A stretch of DNA of 64,000 nucleotides from an uncultured Gammaproteobacteria bacterium (GTDB taxonomy: Bacteria > Patescibacteriota > Microgenomatia > Daviesbacterales > UBA10151). The stretch is taken from NCBI GenBank assembly GCA_964547465.1, contig CAZJNI010000005.1, positions 7,020 to 71,019 of the forward strand, read 5' to 3'. Within the stretch, counting starts at the first letter, position 1. Each line of letters starts with the position of its first letter. The translations under genes and the position numbers were made by a program. The notes beneath the pieces were generated by a model. The model was not told the origin of the DNA, did no database searches, and was given only the letters and a program-made list of their open reading frames with translations. Positions 46,240 to 55,559 of the stretch are shown here, piece by piece.

Positions 46240-46589
46240 GATTCTATCCTCCTTAATTGATTTAATCTCTTTCTTGCTATTTTTAACTCTTTAGTTGGTG
46301 TCTTCTGTTTTTTCTTAATAAAAATGTGCAACAAAATTATTATTTTGCCTTTTTCAAAAGTATACAAAATTCTTAAAATATCTGTACCTGACTTAACTCT
46401 TAACTCCCATAAACCTGGTTCTATATGTTTTGAAAAAGGCTCTTTATGATAAGCTCTGTTTCTTAATCTCTCAATTGCTTCCCTCGCCTGAAATATAAAC
46501 CTAAGATTACTTTTTTCTAATTCCAGTAAAAATTCTTCTATTGGACTCTTATTAGAATTATCTTTATAAAAGTTTACTTCAAATTCCAT
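46236..46589 (-). CDS. HigB/RelE-superfamily toxin (phage Gp49-like, DUF891).
   Basis: Contains WELR....RILYTF...IILLHIFIKKKQKTP. Confidence 0.65.
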   Translation of the reverse strand: MEFEVNFYKDNSNKSPIEEFLLELEKSNLRFIFQAREAIERLRNRAYHKEPFSKHIEPGLWELRVKSGTDILRILYTFEKGKIIILLHIFIKKKQKTPTKELKIARKRLNQLRRIES

Positions 46590-46665
46590 CTTAATTATAT
46601 CAAATTTGATATATAAATCAAGTAGGTAAATTCTCTTTTACCAATTTAAAAATCTTTCTTTTAAA

Positions 46666-47814
46666 TTACAATTTTAACAATGCTTCTGCTGTTAGGGCAT
46701 CTGTAACTAATCTATTAACCAAACCTATATTAATGGCGTGCTGAATCTGGAAAGTTTTATGTAATCCTCCAGCAATGACTAGTCTGGCTGGAATTTTTTG
46801 AAAATTTTCTCTGCGCATACCATTAGCATACTGGTTCAATTCCAAGGCTATCCCTCCTAATCTTTCTGCCATTCCCTTCATAACCGGCTCTAAATTTTCT
46901 GGTGGCCGGATAACAAAAATACTATTAAGCGCTTCCAGCAACGGATAATAATATCCGCCAGATTCCTCATCTTTAATACCGGAAAAATCTTCAACTTCAT
47001 GGGTAAGATCAATTAATAGGCTTCTAACCTCTGGGGAAAATCCCCTTCCGTAAAATCTATCTGTCACCATAAAATGTTTCAAGCGCGGAGAAACATTACC
47101 AAGACCAATCACCGCAATATCAGGTATCTTTGTTTCTGGATAATCGCCTTTTTTCCTCAGAAAAGCTGTTCCGGAATTAAGAACTGGCTGATTCCACTTT
47201 CCATTTTCATCAAATGATATTAAGGAGGACAAGTAATAGGCAGCGCTCATAGCAGATACATCCATTCTTTTCCCATCTGGCAATTCATACCGGTGCACTC
47301 CACCACAAAGTGAAATAATTTGGGCAGATTTGTCCAAAAAAGATAGTTTTTCATAAAACTGGGCAAATTGCCTCATTTCTACCCCTCCACCAACGCCGAT
47401 ATTGTCATCTCTTCGCAGTAGACTACGAAAATCACTAGCCGCCATCCTAGCCAAAAATCCATGCAAATAATAATCCCACTTAAAATCATAATCTTCCTCA
47501 CCAGAAACTTGCACAGGCAATTCCCACACTGTAGCTTGTAGATCTAGTTGAGAAAATTTCGCTGCTAATTGTCTTTCTAGCGTAGGTGAATTTCCAACCT
47601 TAAGATATGTTAAATAATCATCAGGTAGCTCAGCATGTATCATTCCCTGATTTCTGGCCAGATTTAAAAGGGCAAAAAAATTAACCCTGCTGACATTTAA
47701 AGTTTTTGCAACATCATCAGCTTTTCTTCCTTCTATAAAATGTAACCGGGCTGCTTGTGCTGCCTGTTCTAACCTATTAAATTCTTTTGCCAAACGTTCT
47801 CGATCACGACTCAT
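46666..47814 (-). CDS. Putative SorC/DeoR-type sugar-binding transcriptional regulator.
   Basis: N-terminal HTH and a C-terminal NIGVGGG sugar-binding-like region. Confidence 0.4.
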   Translation of the reverse strand: MSRDRERLAKEFNRLEQAAQAARLHFIEGRKADDVAKTLNVSRVNFFALLNLARNQGMIHAELPDDYLTYLKVGNSPTLERQLAAKFSQLDLQATVWELPVQVSGEEDYDFKWDYYLHGFLARMAASDFRSLLRRDDNIGVGGGVEMRQFAQFYEKLSFLDKSAQIISLCGGVHRYELPDGKRMDVSAMSAAYYLSSLISFDENGKWNQPVLNSGTAFLRKKGDYPETKIPDIAVIGLGNVSPRLKHFMVTDRFYGRGFSPEVRSLLIDLTHEVEDFSGIKDEESGGYYYPLLEALNSIFVIRPPENLEPVMKGMAERLGGIALELNQYANGMRRENFQKIPARLVIAGGLHKTFQIQHAINIGLVNRLVTDALTAEALLKL

Positions 47815-47823
47815 AACATGGAA

Positions 47824-48957
47824 TTATACCTTATTTTTACTAATTAATTCCAAAATTTCCTTTTTAAACCTTTCTTTGGAAAATTTTTCAGCCTGTTTGC
47901 GGCAATCTTCCGGATTAAAATCTTTTGGATCAAACTTTTGTAAAGTATCCATCAAAGCATCAACTGTAACTTGTCCTGACCCACCATATAATAGTCCTGT
48001 TGCCTGATCAATCACTGTTTCCAAAAATCCACCAGATGCCGGAGCAATGACCGGAGTCCCTGCAGCCTGGGCCTCAATTGAGGTAATCCCAAAATCCTCA
48101 TCTTCTGAGGCTACAATTAAAGCTTTTGCATTTTGCAGCAGCTTTACCCTTTCTGCATCACTGACCCATCCTAAAAAGTTGGTAGTTGGTAGTTTGTAGT
48201 TAGTAGCAAGCTTCTTTAGATTTTCCAGCTCCGGACCTGTGCCAGCAACCATAAGATTCAAACCCAATTTCCCGCATGCTTCAACTATCACCTCTACCCC
48301 TTTTCCTCTTACTAGTCTGCTTAATACCAAAAAATGATCTTTCTTTCCCTTACTACTTACTACTTTATACCTACTACTAATTTCCACCGGCGGATAAATC
48401 ACCATACTATCCCGTCTGTAAAACTTTTGTATTCTGGCAGCAATATTTTTAGAATTTGCCGCTAAAATATCTGGCCTTTGAGAAGTTTCAAAGTCATAAA
48501 TTCTTAAGATGTGATTTACTAATTCTCCTAAAATATGAGTTATTGGATTCTTTTTATAATTAAAAGAAGTGGTAAACCCGTATAAATATCTTGGTGGAGT
48601 GTGAATGTAGCTTATGTGTAAGCTACCGGGTTTGGTGATAACTGCCTTGGAAAAGTAAATACTACATGAGGAAATTACCAAATCATATTCTGATAAATCA
48701 AAACTCTCAAACATCATCGGAGCAAATAAACGGAAAGGTGATAAAAGTCTTTCTGCAAATGGAAAATGCTGAAACCAGGAAGTCTTAATGTTCCAATCCT
48801 TAAATCTTTTCCCATTCTCACCCATGGAGTCTAAATTTACAAAAGAGGTGTACAAAGGAGCATCTGGAAAAATCTCATGTAAAGCTTCCAAAACTCTCTC
48901 TGCACCACCATACTCCTTCAGATAATCATGCGTCAGAGCTACTTTTAAATTTTTCAT
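47824..48957 (-). CDS. Glycosyltransferase family 4.
   Basis: EDFGITSIEAQAAGTPVIA (GT-B EX7E region). Confidence 0.8.
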   Translation of the reverse strand: MKNLKVALTHDYLKEYGGAERVLEALHEIFPDAPLYTSFVNLDSMGENGKRFKDWNIKTSWFQHFPFAERLLSPFRLFAPMMFESFDLSEYDLVISSCSIYFSKAVITKPGSLHISYIHTPPRYLYGFTTSFNYKKNPITHILGELVNHILRIYDFETSQRPDILAANSKNIAARIQKFYRRDSMVIYPPVEISSRYKVVSSKGKKDHFLVLSRLVRGKGVEVIVEACGKLGLNLMVAGTGPELENLKKLATNYKLPTTNFLGWVSDAERVKLLQNAKALIVASEDEDFGITSIEAQAAGTPVIAPASGGFLETVIDQATGLLYGGSGQVTVDALMDTLQKFDPKDFNPEDCRKQAEKFSKERFKKEILELISKNKV

Positions 48958-48994
48958 AAAATTTACCCTGAGCGAAGTCGAAGGGCAACTTTAA

Positions 48995-49807
48995 TTAAAT
49001 TCCTTTCACCATTTCAATCACCTGTTCAAAAGAAAGGCTGGTTTTTTGAGAATCAGGGGAGGAACCAGAACCGCAAATTAAAATATGGTGGGAATGATGC
49101 AGGAACCAGCCTGCTTTTATATCAACCTCTTTTAATTTTTCATACACAGGTTCTAAATCCAAATCATTTCTGGGTGTAAAAAATTGTACATATCCTGTTT
49201 TTGGTCCCATAATTAAAAATAAATCCCCACCCTTTTTTTTACAAAAAGGCCTGTCAACTTTATCTGATAAAACTGCGTAGGATTTACCAAAACTAGTTTC
49301 AAACTCTTCTTTCTTCTGCCAATCCAGCTCTGCCTCCTCATCATCTTTTACAACATTTAAGATCCTATCCAAAATTTCCGCTCCCAGTTCTGTTGATTTA
49401 CCTGAAGTTTTAGCGTCATTATCCTTAAGTCTGATAAATGCCGGAATGTTAAATTGATCAAAATCTTCCTGGGGCAGCCTTCCTGTATCATCCAGCCTGA
49501 CCCATTCAACAATCCTGTTGTATGCTTTTTTTTCAGTCTCATCTTTAGGTGAAAGTGAGGAGGAGATTACATCTTTCCAAACCAAAGATGTTGCACACTC
49601 ATTAATATCACCTTTATGCTCGTCAAACTTGCCCCTACCTACCCCAAAGTAGACTTTATCATCTGAATTCTCTAAACCCTTGTTCCCTTCTTCCGCAGAG
49701 ATAAATTCAAGATGAGCACCCATAAATTCCGGATGGAATTTTTTAAAAAGCCAAATTGCAGCAATATCATCTAAATGCGGGTTAATATGAGTTACTAGTG
49801 TCTTCAT
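48995..49807 (-). CDS. Metal-dependent hydrolase, UPF0160/MYG1-like (tentative).
   Basis: THINPHLDDIAAIWLF and FDEHKGD resemble the MYG1 His/Asp motifs. Confidence 0.35.
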   Translation of the reverse strand: MKTLVTHINPHLDDIAAIWLFKKFHPEFMGAHLEFISAEEGNKGLENSDDKVYFGVGRGKFDEHKGDINECATSLVWKDVISSSLSPKDETEKKAYNRIVEWVRLDDTGRLPQEDFDQFNIPAFIRLKDNDAKTSGKSTELGAEILDRILNVVKDDEEAELDWQKKEEFETSFGKSYAVLSDKVDRPFCKKKGGDLFLIMGPKTGYVQFFTPRNDLDLEPVYEKLKEVDIKAGWFLHHSHHILICGSGSSPDSQKTSLSFEQVIEMVKGI

Positions 49808-49810
49808 GTT

Positions 49811-50737
49811 ATGATGAAGTATATCATGATTATAGCCAAAAAACTCCTTTTCGCTCCTTTATTTTTAATAGTATTTGTCATACTGCTTTCTCAACTTTCC
49901 CTTATTTTTAAATCCTATGATTTAATTTTTTCTCTATCTTTACAAACTTTTATGCAGCTGATTATTATTTCAATCCTAATAACCCTGGCCAGTTTTTCAT
50001 TTATATTATTTGCAACTCTTTGTCTGGATTGGAAATTAATCTTGCCTACTGCAGCATTAGCATCTTTAATCCCTATGCTATTTTTTGAACCCTCTTTAGG
50101 GTTAATATTTAGCGTTGGGAGTTTGGTAACTATGATATTGGTTTTTGCAGGTTTGGAAAATACTATGAAAAGCTATCTGACATTCAAACCATTTTCTCTT
50201 TTAGGTCCATCTATTAGACTATTGTCTACTTTTTTAATTCTGGTAATTTCCATTACATATTTTTTATCAGTAAATAAAATAGTTTCAGAAAAAGGCTTTC
50301 AAATCCCTGATTCGCTAATTGATACTGCGCTAAATTTAACTAACCAGACTGGATCAAATAAACAGGAAACTCAAAGCCCTCTACCCTCTCTTACTCAAGA
50401 ACAAATAGATCTTTTAAAGAAAAACCCTGATCTTTTAAGACAATCTGGTCTGGATCCTAAAATTCTGGATACCCTAAACTCCCCAAAATCCCAAAACCCC
50501 ACAAATGATCTAATCAAACAAACAGTTAAAGATCAGCTTCAAAATTTCCTGAAACCATATTTAGGTTTTATTCCAGCCTTATTGGCTGTACTTTTATTCT
50601 TAACCCTCCAATCTCTAACTTCAATCATCAACCTTCTAATCTATCCCTTACTTTGGATAACTTTTTATATTTTAGAAAAAACAGGATTTATTAAATTTAC
50701 AACTGAAATGAGACCAGTTAAAAAAATGATTGTTTAA
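49811..50737 (+). CDS. Polytopic membrane protein, hypothetical.
   Basis: Multiple hydrophobic helices. Confidence 0.55.
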   Translation: MMKYIMIIAKKLLFAPLFLIVFVILLSQLSLIFKSYDLIFSLSLQTFMQLIIISILITLASFSFILFATLCLDWKLILPTAALASLIPMLFFEPSLGLIFSVGSLVTMILVFAGLENTMKSYLTFKPFSLLGPSIRLLSTFLILVISITYFLSVNKIVSEKGFQIPDSLIDTALNLTNQTGSNKQETQSPLPSLTQEQIDLLKKNPDLLRQSGLDPKILDTLNSPKSQNPTNDLIKQTVKDQLQNFLKPYLGFIPALLAVLLFLTLQSLTSIINLLIYPLLWITFYILEKTGFIKFTTEMRPVKKMIV

Positions 50738-51744
50738 AAATAACCTCTCAATGCTTGCTCTGGCCAAGTTTTTGGCCTGAAGTCAAACACCTCTCCGGAA
50801 CTGTCTAGATATTTTCTTGTAAATATTTCAGTCATTTGAGTGGTTTCAATAAACTGCTCAACAAATACTCTTGCAACAATATTAGTCGTTGATGAAGGCA
50901 TAGAAATAGCAGGCAAATTTGGAGATACTGCATTTACCCAACCAACAAATTCTTCCAAAAATCCTCCTACAGCTGTATCAGAAATTTCAGGTGCAACTAA
51001 GTCAATTACCTTAAATCCATATTTTACTGCCCTTTTTCTAACTTCCTCGGTCTGCCTCATTTTTGAATAAGCAATTGGCCAATAAAAGGCGGGACCAGGA
51101 TAAATATATTTTGCAGTTCTGGGACTAACATCGGCAGAAAATGGACTTGCTAACATACCAACTACGGAAAGGTGATCTATATGACCTCTTGCTATTAATT
51201 CATCAAGTATTAGCGTGTGAGCAATACAATTTGATTGCATAGCAGGTCTTACCTTTTCATCAGCGGTGTAATTTCGCCATAATTTTTCTGTTACCTCTAT
51301 AAGCATTTCTTGTGTTAACGGATGAGCTGCAGAAGCATTCCTTATATCTTTTAAGTCCCTAGCTAATGAAAGCTTATATTTATTTATCCCCTCTGCTGCT
51401 ATTGGTACATGATGCACTGGCTCTCCCGGGACTAGATTAAACCTATCAACAAGAGCTCTTGCTTTTTCAGAGGTATCAATTTTCCCAAGGTCTCCTCTAG
51501 CTACAAGTGGCCTTATTCCCGTTTTAGATTCTACTGTATCTTGAAAATTAGTTATTCTGTCATCTGAATTAACTTTTACCTTTTCACCTGTATCAGGGTC
51601 TTCTATAATCTTTTCTACTTCACGTATTAAAACAAGCGGAACCAACTTATGCTGGGCAAATTCTATTACTGCTGGCAGACCGGTTGCACCTGTTCCACCT
51701 GTAACAACAACTTTTCTCTCAAGGGCTTCTGTACTTGCTATCAT
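50734..51744 (-). CDS. NAD(P)-binding Rossmann-fold oxidoreductase, hypothetical.
   Basis: N-terminal VVVTGGTGATG dinucleotide-binding loop. Confidence 0.45.
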   Translation of the reverse strand: MIASTEALERKVVVTGGTGATGLPAVIEFAQHKLVPLVLIREVEKIIEDPDTGEKVKVNSDDRITNFQDTVESKTGIRPLVARGDLGKIDTSEKARALVDRFNLVPGEPVHHVPIAAEGINKYKLSLARDLKDIRNASAAHPLTQEMLIEVTEKLWRNYTADEKVRPAMQSNCIAHTLILDELIARGHIDHLSVVGMLASPFSADVSPRTAKYIYPGPAFYWPIAYSKMRQTEEVRKRAVKYGFKVIDLVAPEISDTAVGGFLEEFVGWVNAVSPNLPAISMPSSTTNIVARVFVEQFIETTQMTEIFTRKYLDSSGEVFDFRPKTWPEQALRGYF

Positions 51745-51810
51745 AATTAAGATGCAGTTTTACACAATATAGGGTATAAAAGTCAAGAATGTGATATAAA
51801 GTATCCTAAT

Positions 51811-53322
51811 ATGACTCTGGTCGCAGGAGCTGAAAGAATTAGAGGCGGCGCTATGGGGCTTTTTATAACTAATGATTTATTACCCCGCGCAATATCTTTA
51901 ACTGGAGGAATGGGAATGACCTCTATTGAAGGAATTGATCATATTTTAGCCAGGCTACTGCAAAGAGGAGATCCCACAGGCAGTATATTAAGAACAGTAG
52001 ATGAATTTGAGGATAGATTTGATGCTCATGAACTATCAGACTATGTTAGAAGTCTTTATGTGCCCGGAGGAATCCCAAAAGGCCAACCTTACCGGCAGCT
52101 GCCTATGTTTGGAATCAATCCAGACAAACGGATAGAAGGTCTTAATGTTTTTGGAGGATACTGGATTGTCAGGGCTGCAAAAATGGGCAGATACTTAAAA
52201 GGTCCTGAAGTAAAAATTGCCGCTAATAAGCTCGAAGAGGTCCAAACTCCGGTTATGGCTGTAACTTTTGGAGTAATGCTGGCCGGTGGAGATGAAATAG
52301 AAATCAGTGCCGGTTTACCTTTTCAAATGCGGGAGAATATCAAAAAGTTGTGCGCTTTAGAATCTGTCAAATATGATCTTACTGTTCACCATGGGACCGA
52401 TGAAAGAAAAGAAGATTTTAAAAGATATATGGTCCGTTTTAATCCCAAAAATCATATTGGCCGTCTTGACCATGACCTTAAAGAACCCAGAATAACCGGA
52501 GTTGCATCTTCTAATTTTGCTGTAAAGATCTTGACAGATAGCAAAAGACACCCTAACGCTATAGATCAGCTTAAAGTAGAACTTCCTCAAAAAACCGGGG
52601 GGCATAGTACAAAACCACGCGATATTGCATATAACGAGAGAGGCGAATATCAATATGGTCCAAGAGATGAAATAGATTTAGAATTGGTTATAAGGTTAAC
52701 CAGGGACATTGGTATCCCTGTCACATTGGCCGGAGGATTTTCTACCCCGGAAGCAGTCAAAGGAGCCATTGAATTAGGTGCTGATAGTGTTACAGTTGCA
52801 ACCCCATTTCAGTATTGTATGGAATCCGGCCTCCCGCAAAATGTGAAACGAGCGATTATTAATCAGGCTTCAAAGGGAAATCTGGATGTTTATAACGACC
52901 CAAGAATCTCTCCCACCTATTATGCTTTTAGGGTTGATAGAAATATTGAAGGGGTACCTAGTATAGGAGATACTGATGTATATGAGGACTGGAGTGCAAA
53001 TCATAGATCCTGCACAATTGGACGGCTTAGAGAACGTACTACTCACAATGGAAGATTAACCTGGATATGTAAAGCTGAACCTGTTGAAGATTATATCCGG
53101 AAGGGAGGAAAAACCGAAGATACTGTGGGTGCAGGGTGTCTTTGTGAAAACCTACTTTCCGCTATAGATTTAGGTCAAACTCATAAAGACGGTTATGAAG
53201 TGCCCCCTTTATATAGTTCCGGGACTGAACAGGGACAGTATTTTTTACCTGAAGTTTTACGCGGAAGAAACTCATATACAGCCAAAGATGTTGTTGAATT
53301 TTTAGTATCAGGGTTAAGATAA
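51811..53322 (+). CDS. Flavin-dependent TIM-barrel oxidoreductase of the NMO/FabK-like family (tentative).
   Basis: LTGGMGMTSIEG and IPVTLAGGFSTPEAVKGAIELGADSV resemble nitronate monooxygenase and FabK motifs. Confidence 0.4.
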   Translation: MTLVAGAERIRGGAMGLFITNDLLPRAISLTGGMGMTSIEGIDHILARLLQRGDPTGSILRTVDEFEDRFDAHELSDYVRSLYVPGGIPKGQPYRQLPMFGINPDKRIEGLNVFGGYWIVRAAKMGRYLKGPEVKIAANKLEEVQTPVMAVTFGVMLAGGDEIEISAGLPFQMRENIKKLCALESVKYDLTVHHGTDERKEDFKRYMVRFNPKNHIGRLDHDLKEPRITGVASSNFAVKILTDSKRHPNAIDQLKVELPQKTGGHSTKPRDIAYNERGEYQYGPRDEIDLELVIRLTRDIGIPVTLAGGFSTPEAVKGAIELGADSVTVATPFQYCMESGLPQNVKRAIINQASKGNLDVYNDPRISPTYYAFRVDRNIEGVPSIGDTDVYEDWSANHRSCTIGRLRERTTHNGRLTWICKAEPVEDYIRKGGKTEDTVGAGCLCENLLSAIDLGQTHKDGYEVPPLYSSGTEQGQYFLPEVLRGRNSYTAKDVVEFLVSGLR

Positions 53323-55515
53323 TTTTAACTTTTCCATCTCCCCCCAATTTGGGCCTGTTTTTAGATCCACAACCACCGGCACAGATAACTTCAGGGCATT
53401 TTCCATTTTTTCTTTGACCATTTTGGCTATTTCTTCTACCTGTTTTGGGTTACATTCAAAAAGCAGTTCATCATGAATCTGTAAAACGAGGGAGCACCCT
53501 TCTGTCATCCCGGACTTGATCCGGGATCCATGTGATTCTTTATTTGTATAGATTCCCGCCTTCGCGGGAATGACAGAGGAAATTTCCACCATTGCCTTCT
53601 TAATCATATCCGCAGCTGTTCCCTGAACAGGATGATTAATGGCAGCCCGCTCACCAGCTGCTTTTATCATATGGTTGGCAATCTTAAGCTCCGGAATATA
53701 TCTTTTTCTGCCCCATAAAGTTTCTACATAGCCATTCTCGTAGCCAAATTCCAATGTTTTCTGCATCCACTCCCGCACTTTGGGGAATTGTTCAAAATAT
53801 TCAGCTATATATTGGCGCGCCAGCTCATATTCCACTCCCAGCTGGCGTGACAGCGCATGAGGGCCTTGGCCATAAAGAGTGGCAAAATTCATGGTTTTAC
53901 CCACATTTCTTTGCTGCTTAGTCACTTTATCCAAAGGGACTTTAAAAATCTTAGCTGCTGTGGCTGTGTGAATATCTATACCAGACTCAAATGCACGTTT
54001 TAAGCCTGGATCATCGGCCAAATGAGCCATAATCCGAAGCTCGATTTGTGAATAATCAGCTCCAAGTAAAACTTTACCCTTTGGAGCCACAAAAGCCTTG
54101 CGCATCTCACCACCCAACTCACCTTTAATTGGAATATTTTGTAAATTAGGATCTTTGGAAGATAGCCTGCCTGTAGCAGCTCCTTCTACATTAAAAGTGG
54201 AATGAATCCTTCCGTCTTTTGCATATTTAGGCAAAGCATCAATATAGGTAGAAACCAGTTTAAAAAGCTGGCGGTATTCCAGCAAAAGTGGAATTACAGG
54301 ATGAGCTGGAGCTAATTCATGTAACGTGGCTTCATCTGTAGATCTGCCTGTTTTGGTTTTTCGAAAAACCGGTAAATTTAGCTCATCAAAAAGTATAACT
54401 TGAAGTTGCTTTGGGCTGTTGATATTAAACTGATGTCCTACTTTTGAGTAAATATCTTTCTCTAACTTGATTAATTTAACCTTCATCTCTTTACCAAACT
54501 TAGCTAAAAACTTCAAATCAACAGCTATTCCGGTTGCAGTCATTTTCTGCAAAACTTTTTCAACCTCTTTGTCTAAATCTGAGGTTACACCTCCGAGGTG
54601 TGAACTTGACGTCTCCTTGACTTCACCTCGGAGGTGAGTACCAGGAATCCTTGCAATTAAGCTTTTAAACTCCAGCTCTTCAAATAGCTTAACTACTTTA
54701 TCTTTATCAAAATCATGAACCACACAGGCGGCAAAATCCAGCTTGATTGGAGCCTTAAGATCTAAGGTGGCCAGTTTTTTACTCATCACAGCAGATTCTG
54801 CACCTTCGGATAAAAGAGTTTGCATTCTTTCTGGCAAAGTTTTCAGGTTCTCAACTTTATAAATCTCTTCAATTGGACCAAACTGGTGTATTAATTTGGT
54901 AGCCGAAACATCACCAATCCCCGCCACCCCCGGAATATTATCTGATTGATCTCCTGCCAGCGCTTTGTAGTCAACCAGTTGACTGGGCATAAAGCCATAT
55001 TTGGCCACAAACTCCTCTTCCCCATAAAGTCCCACATCAGATAAAGTTTTCTTGGGCATAAAGACCTTAATCCTTTCATTAATCAGCTGCATAATATCCC
55101 TATCTCCTGTCACAATAATAGTTTGTAGTTTGTAGTTGGTAGTTGGTAGTTTGGTTGCCTGCACTGCAAGTGTTCCTATTAAATCATCTGCTTCAAAACC
55201 TGCCAGTTTAAATTCTGGAATATTAAATGCTTTAACCACTTCGTGTACCCTTTTATACTGACCTGACAGTGCCTCATCTGCCGGACCTCTGGTGGCTTTA
55301 TACTGGGTATACGCCTGGTGTCTGAATGTTGGGCCTTTTTCATCCCAGGTAACAGCCAGATAATCAGGCTTTAACTCATCAATTACTTTTAAAACCATCG
55401 AGGAAAAACCATAAACCGCATTAACCAGTTCACCTTTGCTGGTTGTAAAAGGAGGAGTAGCATGATAAGCCCGATGCAGCAGGGCATTTCCATCTACTAA
55501 AACCAGTCTTTTCAT
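53314..55515 (-). CDS. polA: DNA polymerase I (5'-3' exonuclease plus polymerase domains) carrying a MITE insertion.
   Basis: N-terminal LVLVDGNALLHRAYHA, motif A DYSQIELRI and motif C HDEL. Confidence 0.9.
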   Translation of the reverse strand: MKRLVLVDGNALLHRAYHATPPFTTSKGELVNAVYGFSSMVLKVIDELKPDYLAVTWDEKGPTFRHQAYTQYKATRGPADEALSGQYKRVHEVVKAFNIPEFKLAGFEADDLIGTLAVQATKLPTTNYKLQTIIVTGDRDIMQLINERIKVFMPKKTLSDVGLYGEEEFVAKYGFMPSQLVDYKALAGDQSDNIPGVAGIGDVSATKLIHQFGPIEEIYKVENLKTLPERMQTLLSEGAESAVMSKKLATLDLKAPIKLDFAACVVHDFDKDKVVKLFEELEFKSLIARIPGTHLRGEVKETSSSHLGGVTSDLDKEVEKVLQKMTATGIAVDLKFLAKFGKEMKVKLIKLEKDIYSKVGHQFNINSPKQLQVILFDELNLPVFRKTKTGRSTDEATLHELAPAHPVIPLLLEYRQLFKLVSTYIDALPKYAKDGRIHSTFNVEGAATGRLSSKDPNLQNIPIKGELGGEMRKAFVAPKGKVLLGADYSQIELRIMAHLADDPGLKRAFESGIDIHTATAAKIFKVPLDKVTKQQRNVGKTMNFATLYGQGPHALSRQLGVEYELARQYIAEYFEQFPKVREWMQKTLEFGYENGYVETLWGRKRYIPELKIANHMIKAAGERAAINHPVQGTAADMIKKAMVEISSVIPAKAGIYTNKESHGSRIKSGMTEGCSLVLQIHDELLFECNPKQVEEIAKMVKEKMENALKLSVPVVVDLKTGPNWGEMEKLKLS
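53514..53574. mobile_element. Variant palindromic element (GTCATCCCGGACTTGATCCGGGAT...CCCGCCTTCGCGGGAATGAC) in-frame within polA, encoding VIPAKAGI.
   Basis: Inverted termini related to the GTCATTGCGAG family. Confidence 0.7.
55119..55153. repeat. Heptamer tandem repeat (TAGTTTG/TAGTTGG) x5 inside polA, encoding PTTNYKLQT.
   Basis: Period-7 repeat. The same unit occurs at 48183-48203 in the GT4 gene. Confidence 0.9.
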
Positions 55516-55559
55516 AATTTATGGCTAGATTGTAGCATTATCTGTTAAACTAATTCCAT

